Below are positions 9,512 to 17,976 of a DNA stretch of 64,000 nucleotides, in pieces. How positions within the stretch are numbered: position 1 is the stretch's first letter; each line of letters opens with the position of its first letter. This DNA comes from a virus (lineage: Duplodnaviria; Caudoviricetes). Below the pieces are notes generated by a model that ran no database searches, was not told where the DNA came from, and was given only the letters and a program-made list of their open reading frames with translations. The translations under genes and the position numbers were made by a program. Location of the stretch: the IMG/VR virus record IMGVR_UViG_3300028048_003124; one strand, given 5' to 3'.

Positions 9512-10696
9512 ATGAGAGTATATCATCTATACCAATCACGTTATACATCTTCTTTGAAAAATTCATCGGGTATTGATGTGTTAAGCAAGGCAGATGTGGT
9601 AGATTGTTTAGGGGAGAAAGCATATAGTGTATTTTCAGAAATGTTAGATATAAACCATGTTGTATCTATTGGCTACAATAGTGTCATATCGACACCAATA
9701 AAAGGTGAGGGTATCACTCTAAATTGGCTAGGAAAAAGAGTTGGTGGTAATACTTTATACATAGACATGGTTAAAGATGGTTTTGAAAAAGAACTATGTA
9801 ACGATATTGAGGGCAGGCTTCTATTTTTCAGAGATGTAGATATGCTTAGTAGTATTCACGGTTTTTACTATCGTTCAGAAGCAATCAATGGTATACTTAG
9901 TGATGCAGTTGTTGGTCTAAATGGTATACCAGCTAGCAGAGGTTATAACGGCAAGATAGCCACAAAAGTGTTAAGGTCTTTATATAGAAAAGCTCCAGAT
10001 GTTGAAAACATAAGGTATTGTAGCATATATGATATGCGTCCATTAGGAACTAAAGGTAAGTGTGTTTTCTTCATGGCTTTAAGACCTGCTAGTGGTGGTC
10101 TTGAGTTTGCAATCATTGCATTTTGTGATGAGAATGAAATGAGTTGGTTTGAGCATGATGATGCCTATGTACTTGCAGTTAGAAAAGAGTATGAGAAATC
10201 TAACTATGAATGTAGTAGATGGCACGGTGGTGGCTCAGTAGGTAAGGTTAAAGATGGTATAAACCTAGACGATAAGAAGAATAGTTATATCATACAGAAA
10301 TTTGATGGTATGCCTACAAAATACTGTATAAGAATTGTTGAGGATTCTTATTGGGTAAGCCTAAGGGTTCAAGGTCAAACAGATTTTAGAATACAAAAAG
10401 CGGTAATATATGATATATGCAATAAACTTGGTGGTAAGTTATCAGAAGATATTGCATACTTTTTGTCAAAGTATGGCTCAAGAGACAATGAAGTGGATTT
10501 TTGTATTTTAGAAGATGAGTACAAGAAAGATGTACAGGCTCAAAAAGCTATAGACTTCCTATTGGGTATGCAGAACAGTCTTTTCTTCATCATGGTCAGA
10601 GAAGAGATAAGATGTGGTGAAAAAGTGAGGATTTATAGCCTTAACATGGCTGATACTTTCTTATATCCAGGTAGGAATACTGGTTCTGTGTTATAA
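9512..10696 (+). CDS. Hypothetical protein
   Basis: 394-aa ORF, operonic spacing. Confidence 0.75.
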   Translation: MRVYHLYQSRYTSSLKNSSGIDVLSKADVVDCLGEKAYSVFSEMLDINHVVSIGYNSVISTPIKGEGITLNWLGKRVGGNTLYIDMVKDGFEKELCNDIEGRLLFFRDVDMLSSIHGFYYRSEAINGILSDAVVGLNGIPASRGYNGKIATKVLRSLYRKAPDVENIRYCSIYDMRPLGTKGKCVFFMALRPASGGLEFAIIAFCDENEMSWFEHDDAYVLAVRKEYEKSNYECSRWHGGGSVGKVKDGINLDDKKNSYIIQKFDGMPTKYCIRIVEDSYWVSLRVQGQTDFRIQKAVIYDICNKLGGKLSEDIAYFLSKYGSRDNEVDFCILEDEYKKDVQAQKAIDFLLGMQNSLFFIMVREEIRCGEKVRIYSLNMADTFLYPGRNTGSVL

Positions 10697-10802
10697 TTAA
10701 ATACATCATCTAATGTTGATGCTTGCACGAACATTAGAAGTCTTGCAACCTCTGTATAGAGTACATTATTTTAAGTGTATTATTATACGGAGGTTTTTTA
10801 TT

Positions 10803-11615
10803 ATGTTAATAACAGAAGAAAATTTTGATAGGCTTTGTATCATATCCAACAATGGAGAGAAGTGGGTAATAACTAAATGGTATGGTGACGGGAGATTTAA
10901 GATAGAGCAAGGAGCAGCAACAGAAGAGAGAAAAGTGATAGATAATGTAGATGAGAAGGAGTTAGAGGTACTATTTAGAGGTAGTAGGATAGTTGAGATA
11001 GAGGGGAATGAAGAAAAAGGGAATAAGTTTATAAATAGAATAGGAGAGAGAAGTAGAAACTCGGAAGGTTTCCTAATGGAAATAACTGGGTATAGAAACG
11101 CAAATGATGTAGATGTGTTGTTTGTAGGATGTGATTTTGAGATTACTGGTACAAGATACAGTGGTTTTAAAGATGGGACACTATCCAACCCAATTTATAA
11201 GGTGGTGAGATGGACTTTAAGCCTGTTAATAGAGATGATACTAAATGAGAAGAAGGTCTGGGAAAACATTAAGGAATTAAAAGCCTATCGAGGAGAAATA
11301 GTGGCTGATTACTCTAAGAGCGATGAATATGCTGTAGACATAGATAAGATGGCAAGATTAACGAGATTGTTAGAAGAGTTTAACAGTGGTGAGGAAGGTG
11401 GTGATTGGTGTAAAATTTACCTGACTGATTTATGTGAACCAGACCTCTTGGGTATAATCAGAGATATAGAAACATATCTAAAGAAAGTCTATGGGTATTT
11501 CCATCTTGGAAGCGAAGCTGTAGTTGGTAAAGAGTTAGAAGATATAATAGAACAGACAAAGTTAAGCCTACGCAAGAAGGCTAGAAATGTAAAGAATGTC
11601 AAGGTTTATGACTAA
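10803..11615 (+). CDS. Hypothetical protein carrying one copy of the 'RxGE...I..Y....DIDVxF..G' repeat domain
   Basis: SD GGAGG before ATG 10803; NRIGERSRNSEGFLMEITGYRNANDVDVLFVG...YSGFKDGTL. Confidence 0.75.
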   Translation: MLITEENFDRLCIISNNGEKWVITKWYGDGRFKIEQGAATEERKVIDNVDEKELEVLFRGSRIVEIEGNEEKGNKFINRIGERSRNSEGFLMEITGYRNANDVDVLFVGCDFEITGTRYSGFKDGTLSNPIYKVVRWTLSLLIEMILNEKKVWENIKELKAYRGEIVADYSKSDEYAVDIDKMARLTRLLEEFNSGEEGGDWCKIYLTDLCEPDLLGIIRDIETYLKKVYGYFHLGSEAVVGKELEDIIEQTKLSLRKKARNVKNVKVYD

Positions 11616-11635
11616 TACAAAGGAGGATAGTAATA

Positions 11636-11803
11636 ATGAAAGGTGTATTTAACTGCCCAGAGTATGCATACCATAGAAATTATGTTGTAGCAAGTGTGGT
11701 AAACCATGAACTATGGTTTTATGGAGCATGGGACGATAGGCAGTCTGCATATCAGGCAGCGGCTGAAATAAACGGTGTAGTGTTACCCAATAAAAAACTG
11801 TAG
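11636..11803 (+). CDS. Small hypothetical protein, 55 aa (not in the ORF track)
   Basis: SD AAGGAGG; MKGVFNCPEYAYHRNYVVASVVNHELWFYGAWDDRQSAYQAAAEINGVVLPNKKL*. Confidence 0.7.
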   Translation: MKGVFNCPEYAYHRNYVVASVVNHELWFYGAWDDRQSAYQAAAEINGVVLPNKKL

Positions 11804-11824
11804 TATAGTAGAGGGTTGTATAAA

Positions 11825-12069
11825 ATGAGTATGTTTACAGATGTCAAAGATAAAAACTTAACTGTAGCAGAGTTGAGAGATCATGAATCATTACCAAATA
11901 CATATATTATTCTACTAATAATGTAATAACGATGTACTTTCGAAAAGGAAGTAAGAAAAAGGACTGGTCTAATGGTAAGTATCTCGGCTCCGAAGGGTCT
12001 AAGATAGGGGTAACTGGTCTTTTGTGGAAGTTTGGTGCAATGTTAAGAGCACGAGTAGGGGTAGATTAA
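11825..12069 (+). pseudogene. Frameshifted member of the small 'TVxELR...P.TxIY' family
   Basis: MSMFTDVKDKNLTVAELRDHESLPNTYI, then one missing T near 11908 restores Y-STNNVITMYFRKG...RARVGVD*. Confidence 0.45.
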
Positions 12070-12136
12070 TAGGAATTAAATATTGTTTATATGTGGCAAG
12101 GTGTTTTAGAGTAAAATGTTATTATTCTAGAATACC

Positions 12137-12165
12137 TTGCAATTTTTTTTAAAATATGTTAATAT
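12137..12165 (+). promoter_or_regulatory. Promoter of helicase module 1 (TTGCAA-N17-TAATAT)
   Basis: 17-bp spacer with extended TG; the leader is near-identical to that at 17173-17225. Confidence 0.65.
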
Positions 12166-12194
12166 ATAAGTAGTTTAAAACTTGGAGGTTATTT

Positions 12195-13856
12195 ATGTCT
12201 TTATTAGTTGATAGAAGGCGTGAGGAGACGTACGCAGAGGCTAAAAATATTGTAATGGAGAAAGGCAAGGTATTAATAATAAGACCGACTGGTTTCGGGA
12301 AGACGGGCATACTCACTCACTTTATAAGAGATTATACAAAGGGCTTGACAAAGAAAGATGGGTGTCAGGTTATGTATATCTTTCCTACTCAGGTAATAAA
12401 AGATGCTGTACTTAAATTTTATTACCAAGAGGAAGGTCACGAGGGTATTCCTAACGTGACATTCGTTTCCTATGCAGGATTGGGTACTATGACAAGAGAA
12501 AAACTAAATAAGTATTTTAAGAATGTGAAGCTCATATTAGCAGATGAAGCCCATCTACTTGCTGGAGATAAGAGAAGTATCGGTATTAAAAAGGTGTTAA
12601 ATTTTCTACCTAATGCTCATTTTGTAGGAGCGACAGCTACTCCAGATAGGCTTGATGGTAGAGACATTCTTGGCGACTATTTTGATTACAATAGGGTGAG
12701 TTACTACACTTTACACGACGCAATACAGGAAGGGGTAATTCAAAAGCCAGTATATGTCTGGGCTTCGTACACGCAAGCAGATAAAGATACAGAATTAAGC
12801 AAGGAATACTACGAAGGGTATAAACATCTTAATGTAGAAGAGCGTAAAGAGCTTGATAATTTACTAAGAAGTAAAGTAATTGAGATTTCAAGATTGCAAA
12901 GGTTGGACGTAATAATTAAAGATGTGCTTGAAAAGTACGCCAGAAATACAACGTATATAAGAGGTATATTGTTCTTCACTAGCTTCTCAGATCTACACGA
13001 TAAAGGGGATGAAGTGGTAAGTTGGTTTAAGAAGGCATACCCAAATTATAGGGTTAATGTAACAATAGTTTCATCTGAGAAAAAAGAGTACAGGGATAAT
13101 GCAAAGAAAGTAACATTTATGAAGAGACGTAAAAATGTTATAGATTTGATATTTTCTGTAAATATGATGAACTTAGGGTATCATGTACCAGATTTAACAT
13201 TTGTTGGAATGCTCAGGGGTACTGTAAGTGATATTATATATGCTCAACAGTTAGGAAGAGTATTAAACTCTGGAACAACTGTGTCAGGTATTGTTTTTGA
13301 TTTTGTGGATAATCTTTTTAGAAAATCTGCCTTTGATGTACTTCAGAAACTAAAAGATCCAACAATAAAAGCTAAAGAGAGATTAAATGAGCTGTCGGAT
13401 AAGGTAATTGAAGCAGGTGGCAGGGTGCCAAATAATATAAAAGGTTTGTCAGAAGATGAAGAGGATGAAGTAATAGCTCTGTGGCATAGATTTAATGATC
13501 ATATTGGAAAAGGACCGTATGTTTCTGTTAATCAGTTATTACCTCAAGACTTAATAGCCACTGGGTATGAGGCAACATTTAGGGAATTGGTTGCAAAGAC
13601 TGTTGGAGAACCTTTACAGCACAGGTGCCACTGGGCATGGGCAAGATGGGTAGATGCAGGTGGTAAAACTGGTGATGGTACAATAGATTACTTTTTCGGC
13701 AATGCTTTTCCGCAAAATATGCCACCGTTAGGACCTTATTGTTGGATATATGATGTTAAGATCGAGGATGTGCTAAAGGCAATATATGATCCAGATAGAG
13801 ATATACATAAAGAGGTTGAGGAGTATATTAAGGTGTGTAATGCAAATAAGAAGTAG
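12195..13856 (+). CDS. Superfamily 2 (ResIII/DEAH-type) helicase, copy 1
   Basis: Motif I PTGFGKT, II DEAH, III GATATPDR, V NMMNLGYHVPDL, VI QQLGRVL. Confidence 0.9.
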   Translation: MSLLVDRRREETYAEAKNIVMEKGKVLIIRPTGFGKTGILTHFIRDYTKGLTKKDGCQVMYIFPTQVIKDAVLKFYYQEEGHEGIPNVTFVSYAGLGTMTREKLNKYFKNVKLILADEAHLLAGDKRSIGIKKVLNFLPNAHFVGATATPDRLDGRDILGDYFDYNRVSYYTLHDAIQEGVIQKPVYVWASYTQADKDTELSKEYYEGYKHLNVEERKELDNLLRSKVIEISRLQRLDVIIKDVLEKYARNTTYIRGILFFTSFSDLHDKGDEVVSWFKKAYPNYRVNVTIVSSEKKEYRDNAKKVTFMKRRKNVIDLIFSVNMMNLGYHVPDLTFVGMLRGTVSDIIYAQQLGRVLNSGTTVSGIVFDFVDNLFRKSAFDVLQKLKDPTIKAKERLNELSDKVIEAGGRVPNNIKGLSEDEEDEVIALWHRFNDHIGKGPYVSVNQLLPQDLIATGYEATFRELVAKTVGEPLQHRCHWAWARWVDAGGKTGDGTIDYFFGNAFPQNMPPLGPYCWIYDVKIEDVLKAIYDPDRDIHKEVEEYIKVCNANKK

Positions 13857-13865
13857 GAGGCTTAA

Positions 13866-14933
13866 ATGTCTACATTAAAAAATAGAGTAGGTGAACGTCG
13901 CCAGATGAGTAATGGCGAGTGGGCAACTATAACTTGCTACAATGGTTGTAAGGATTGTACAGTGGTTTTTGATGATGGTACTGTAAGAGAGCATATGTCG
14001 TATGATAGCTTTAAAAATGGTGTAATCTCGAAAAATGGGAAGTCAGGTAATTTTATCGACAGAACTGGTGAGAGAAAGCAGATGAGTAACGGGGAGTGGG
14101 TAACTGTTATTCGTTATGGTGGATGGGGGGATTGTGATTTTCGGTTTGACAATGGTGTTGTGAAACATGGTAAAAAGTATAGGGGTTTTTCAGATGGTAC
14201 TCTGTCAAGTCTTTCTAGGGAGGGGCAAACAAGTCAAGAGTGTAAGGAAAAATACATAGGAACAAAATGGAAGCAGAAGTGTGGTAAGACGGCAGAGATT
14301 ATAGATTATTTTGATTGGAATAATTGTACAGTAAGGTTTGATGATGGAACATTAAAAACAGGTGTTAAGGTAGGAAGACTAAAAGAAGGAAAAGTAGGGT
14401 ATGGAAGTAAACGTAAATTAAGAACTAGTGATATGTTGATGGGTTCCTCGAAGAGAATGAATTGTGGACTGACTGCTCAGATAGTGGGATTCACTAAATC
14501 TAAGAGCGGGGTAAAGAAATGCGTGTTACAGTTCGAGAATGGAGAGAGGACATCTGTTACTATGCCTAGCTATGATGCTGGAACTGTGCTTCCACCAAGT
14601 ATGAAGCCGTCATCTAAAGTAGGGAAAGTTTTTGTAGCAGATAACGGGTTTAAGGTAAGGGTGGTGTCTTGGGCAGGTAATGGTAAGTATCTATTTGAAT
14701 TCCAAGATGGTAAGAGAAATACAGGAGAGCTAAAGTGTAATTTAGCTCATGTAGCCCGTCCAATAGAGGTTGGAACTTATAGATACACTTTATACAATTA
14801 CAGGTATAATAAGTATTATGCGTATGATTTGGGTGATAAGAGGTATTTTAAATGTGAAGATAAAAACGGTGTTCGAGATGTACTAACTCTTGAAGAGATG
14901 ATGGTTAAGTCAGGGATAAAGTTGCTATTTTAA
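13866..14933 (+). CDS. Tandem-repeat protein (~5 copies of the ~55-60 aa repeat) with conserved C-terminal tag
   Basis: RVGERRQMSNGEWATITCYNGCKDCTVVFDDG-type units; ends DVLTLEEMMVKSGIKLLF. Confidence 0.85.
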   Translation: MSTLKNRVGERRQMSNGEWATITCYNGCKDCTVVFDDGTVREHMSYDSFKNGVISKNGKSGNFIDRTGERKQMSNGEWVTVIRYGGWGDCDFRFDNGVVKHGKKYRGFSDGTLSSLSREGQTSQECKEKYIGTKWKQKCGKTAEIIDYFDWNNCTVRFDDGTLKTGVKVGRLKEGKVGYGSKRKLRTSDMLMGSSKRMNCGLTAQIVGFTKSKSGVKKCVLQFENGERTSVTMPSYDAGTVLPPSMKPSSKVGKVFVADNGFKVRVVSWAGNGKYLFEFQDGKRNTGELKCNLAHVARPIEVGTYRYTLYNYRYNKYYAYDLGDKRYFKCEDKNGVRDVLTLEEMMVKSGIKLLF

Positions 14934-14941
14934 AAGTAGGG

Positions 14942-15004
14942 GTGAGTGATATAATGACTCTACAAGAAATGGTAGTAGTTTCAGGCAGAAAGTTGGTGTT
15001 TTGA
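14942..15004 (+). pseudogene. Orphan C-terminal tag of a deleted repeat-protein gene
   Basis: Translates (V)SDIMTLQEMVVVSGRKLVF*; its TGA overlaps ATG 15004. Confidence 0.7.
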
Positions 15005-15681
15005 TGCCAAAGTTTGTAAATAGGACGGGCGAGACAAGATTGATGAATTGTGGACTGCGGGCTGAGATAGTAGAATATAGGTCATCATCTGATATAGATA
15101 TAGTATTTGAAACAGGAGAGAGGGTAAATAGCAGGAATTATAGTGCCTTTAAAGATGGGCACATTCTTCCAAAAACAGGACCAAACAAACACCGTTTAGG
15201 GGAAAAAAGGATGATGAGCTGTGGCTTAAGTGCGGAGATTATAAGGTATGGCGGTTGTTTTGATATTGATGTACGTTTTGAGAATGGGGTTGTTGTAGAA
15301 AATATTAGGTACAGTAAGTTTAAAACGGGAGATGTAGGTCACTCAATAGTGGTTGTTAACGGTAGGTTAGGTGAAATAAGAATGATGTATAATGGCTTAA
15401 GGGCAAAGATAGTTAAGTATAATACATCAAAAAATTATACTATTCGTTTCGAAGATGGTATTGAGGTTGTTTGTTCTGATTACAGGAATTTTTTAACAGG
15501 AAAGTGTAGGCACCCGCATTTCTCAACTGGCAATGTTTCAAGAAACTTCTACGGATATAAAGTGCGAAGGTGTTATGTATTAAGGGATAAGGTGTACTAT
15601 TTTTGTGAAAAGGGTGGGACAAGAGATATAATGACCCTACAAGAAATAGTAAAATCTATGGGTAGAGAATTGGTGTTTTAG
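15004..15681 (+). CDS. Tandem-repeat protein (3 repeats + C-terminal tag)
   Basis: RTGETRLMNCGLRAEIVEYRSSSDIDIVFETG-type units x3; ends DIMTLQEIVKSMGRELVF. Confidence 0.85.
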   Translation: MPKFVNRTGETRLMNCGLRAEIVEYRSSSDIDIVFETGERVNSRNYSAFKDGHILPKTGPNKHRLGEKRMMSCGLSAEIIRYGGCFDIDVRFENGVVVENIRYSKFKTGDVGHSIVVVNGRLGEIRMMYNGLRAKIVKYNTSKNYTIRFEDGIEVVCSDYRNFLTGKCRHPHFSTGNVSRNFYGYKVRRCYVLRDKVYYFCEKGGTRDIMTLQEIVKSMGRELVF

Positions 15682-16878
15682 ATGAGAAATAAATTTGATA
15701 GATTGGGAGAAACTAAAGTAATGCTTTGTGGTCTAAAAGCCACAATTATTCGCTATGGGGGTTATAATGATGTAGATATTCGTTTTGAGGATAACTCTAT
15801 AGTAAAAAACATTTACTATAAGCGTTTTTCAAATGGAACGGCAAAACCATTAAGATTAAGACATAAAAAGCCAGTAAATGATAGGACTGGTGAGGAAAAA
15901 GTGATGTCGTGTGGGTTAAAGGCTAAGATAATTGCTTACAGGAACTGTTGTGATATGGATGTGATATTTGAAGACGGTCAAATCAGAAAAGGAGTAAAGT
16001 ATAGTTCTTTTAGACATGGTTACATAGCTCCAGAGATTGACCCTAGGGTAGTGGTGGAGCAACAAAGTAGACTTGGTATGGAGCGTAAAATGAATTGTGG
16101 TTTGGTTGCGAAAATCATAGCCTACAGAAGTTCTGCTGATATAGATGTACAGTTTCCAGATGGAAGTATAAATAAGAATAAGCTATATTCCAGTTTTCTT
16201 AAAGGGGAGATAGCTCCCAAAAAGTGTAATCGTGTCGGAGAAAAGAGAATAATGAATTGTGGGTTAGAAGGTGAGATAATTCGTTATGGTACAGCTGAGG
16301 ATATAGATGTACGTTTTCCAAATGGCAGTGTAGCTAAAGGAAAAACATATGGTTCCTTTTCAAAAGGTAGTATAAAACCCCCAATAAACCCATATGTGGG
16401 TGAGAGACGTATGATGAATTGTGGTCTGGAGTGTGAGATAGTTCGTTATGTGGGTTGTAGAAATATAGACGTTAGATTTTCAAACGGTGTTGTAGTAAAC
16501 AGTAATCTTGCAAAGTTTAAGAATGGTAAGATAACGCCAGATTATGCAGAAATAACACATAGAGAGGGTTTAATCGTACAAACAAACTGCGGTTTAAGGG
16601 TAAAAATCGTAAGGTACAGTAGTAGTGCAGACATAGATATCTGTTTTGAGGATGGTGCAGTTATAAACAATACTAGATATGATGGAATATCCAAGGGTTC
16701 TGTGCTACATCCGAGCATGCTTGGAGGTTTATATTCAAGAGATTTCCATGGGTATAAGATTAAGTTTGCATATAAGTTAGGGGATTTAGTTTACTATTTC
16801 TGTGAAAAAAGTGGAGAAAGAAGTATAATGACCCTACAAGAGATGGTAATAGCTTCAGGTGGAAAACTTGTCTTTTAG
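15682..16878 (+). CDS. Tandem-repeat protein (6 repeats + C-terminal tag)
   Basis: RLGETKVMLCGLKATIIRYGGYNDVDIRFED-type units x6; ends SIMTLQEMVIASGGKLVF. Confidence 0.85.
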   Translation: MRNKFDRLGETKVMLCGLKATIIRYGGYNDVDIRFEDNSIVKNIYYKRFSNGTAKPLRLRHKKPVNDRTGEEKVMSCGLKAKIIAYRNCCDMDVIFEDGQIRKGVKYSSFRHGYIAPEIDPRVVVEQQSRLGMERKMNCGLVAKIIAYRSSADIDVQFPDGSINKNKLYSSFLKGEIAPKKCNRVGEKRIMNCGLEGEIIRYGTAEDIDVRFPNGSVAKGKTYGSFSKGSIKPPINPYVGERRMMNCGLECEIVRYVGCRNIDVRFSNGVVVNSNLAKFKNGKITPDYAEITHREGLIVQTNCGLRVKIVRYSSSADIDICFEDGAVINNTRYDGISKGSVLHPSMLGGLYSRDFHGYKIKFAYKLGDLVYYFCEKSGERSIMTLQEMVIASGGKLVF

Positions 16879-16942
16879 AGTGGGTTTAAAAGATGAGAAA
16901 GTGCCGAATGTAAGAGTATCTGCAATAATTACCAATGATGGT

Positions 16943-16977
16943 CTTGCACTTCTTGTCCATATATGGTAAGATATATT
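16943..16977 (+). repeat. 35-bp exact direct repeat containing a TTGCAC-N17-TAAGAT promoter (copy 1)
   Basis: cttgcacttcttgtccatatatggtaagatatatt, identical to 21930-21964. Confidence 0.85.
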
Positions 16978-16978
16978 T

Positions 16979-17086
16979 GGAAGTAAGGCTGTAGTTGGTG
17001 ATGAGTTAAAGGAGTTAGTAGAGAGTGCAAAGGAAGGTTTGAGAAAGAAGGCTAGAAACATAAAGAATATCAAGGTGTATTGTTAA
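16979..17086 (+). pseudogene. Remnant of the 3' end of a 10803-11615-like gene
   Basis: GSKAVVGDELKELVESAKEGLRKKARNIKNIKVYC* versus GSEAVVGKELEDIIEQTKLSLRKKARNVKNVKVYD*. Confidence 0.75.
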
Positions 17087-17172
17087 TATGAGCATACCTG
17101 TTTATCATTTTTGATCTCCTCTCTTAATATGTGTAAGGTCTACTTACTTAAAAAAATTTATTTCAGAATGCC

Positions 17173-17201
17173 TTGCAAAAATGAAAGAATTTTGCTAATA
17201 T
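17173..17201 (+). promoter_or_regulatory. Promoter of helicase module 2 (TTGCAA-N17-TAATAT)
   Basis: Same architecture and leader (taatatataagtagtt..aaaa.ttggaggtt) as at 12137. Confidence 0.65.
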
Positions 17202-17232
17202 ATAAGTAGTTAAAAAGTTGGAGGTTTTAATT

Positions 17233-17976
17233 ATGTCTACAGGGTTGCAAAGAGATGTATACATGGAGATATCAGAGACTGGCATGAAAGAAGCTATAGC
17301 TCTGTTTGAGTCTTTTGTAAAAAGAAACCCAGAGATGGTAAAATCTGATCTTAAGTCTTGTGAACAACCAGAGAAGTCTTTTACTGTTGTATTAACAGAT
17401 TGGTTTAAGTTAAAGGTATTAATAAAAGGTAAAGAGTATACCGTAACTGAGTATAAAGATAACGATAAGACTTTTGCGCTATCTTTTATTCCAAAGGTAG
17501 ATAGAATCGGTGATTTGTTAATTAAGATGTCCTCTTTGTCTGTATATGGAGAGAAAGAAGAGGGGTACTTAAGACACAATGTACCTGCCTTTAAGTTTTG
17601 GCTTGAGAGAGCGGCGAAGTTAGCAGTATCTGCAAGTATGCTAATAAGATATCAAAAGATACAATATGTAGAAAGAAAAAGGCAGAATTTTGCAACGGGT
17701 AATGTTGTAGACTTAACTAAACCGAGTAAAGATATAGTGATAGATTTGGAAAAGGCTATAAGGACTAAGCCAGTAAGTACTGGTAAGGGTGGCGAGCATA
17801 GTTATTGCTACTCCAGAAGTGCTTGTGATTGCTACCTTAAAAAGTATAAAAAGTGGTACAAGCGAGGTGTATCAATAGTACATCCTGAAAAACCTACGAG
17901 GGCGCAGGGAAGTAAAACTGTTAAAGGTTTGGATAAAGCTGAGTTATTAAAAGGGAAAGGTATAGCTTATGGATAG
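17233..17976 (+). CDS. Hypothetical phage-type protein with basic C-terminus
   Basis: SD GGAGG; overlaps the start of helicase 2. Confidence 0.75.
   Translation: MSTGLQRDVYMEISETGMKEAIALFESFVKRNPEMVKSDLKSCEQPEKSFTVVLTDWFKLKVLIKGKEYTVTEYKDNDKTFALSFIPKVDRIGDLLIKMSSLSVYGEKEEGYLRHNVPAFKFWLERAAKLAVSASMLIRYQKIQYVERKRQNFATGNVVDLTKPSKDIVIDLEKAIRTKPVSTGKGGEHSYCYSRSACDCYLKKYKKWYKRGVSIVHPEKPTRAQGSKTVKGLDKAELLKGKGIAYG

Noticed and set aside
15679-15684. Genome-wide TAG reassignment, suggested by the in-frame TAG-ATG junction here and the TAG at 59437
   Set aside because: This TAG falls exactly at the conserved C-terminus (…LVF*), where paralogues end in TAA or TGA. Many genes end normally in TAG, and long genes are not fragmented.
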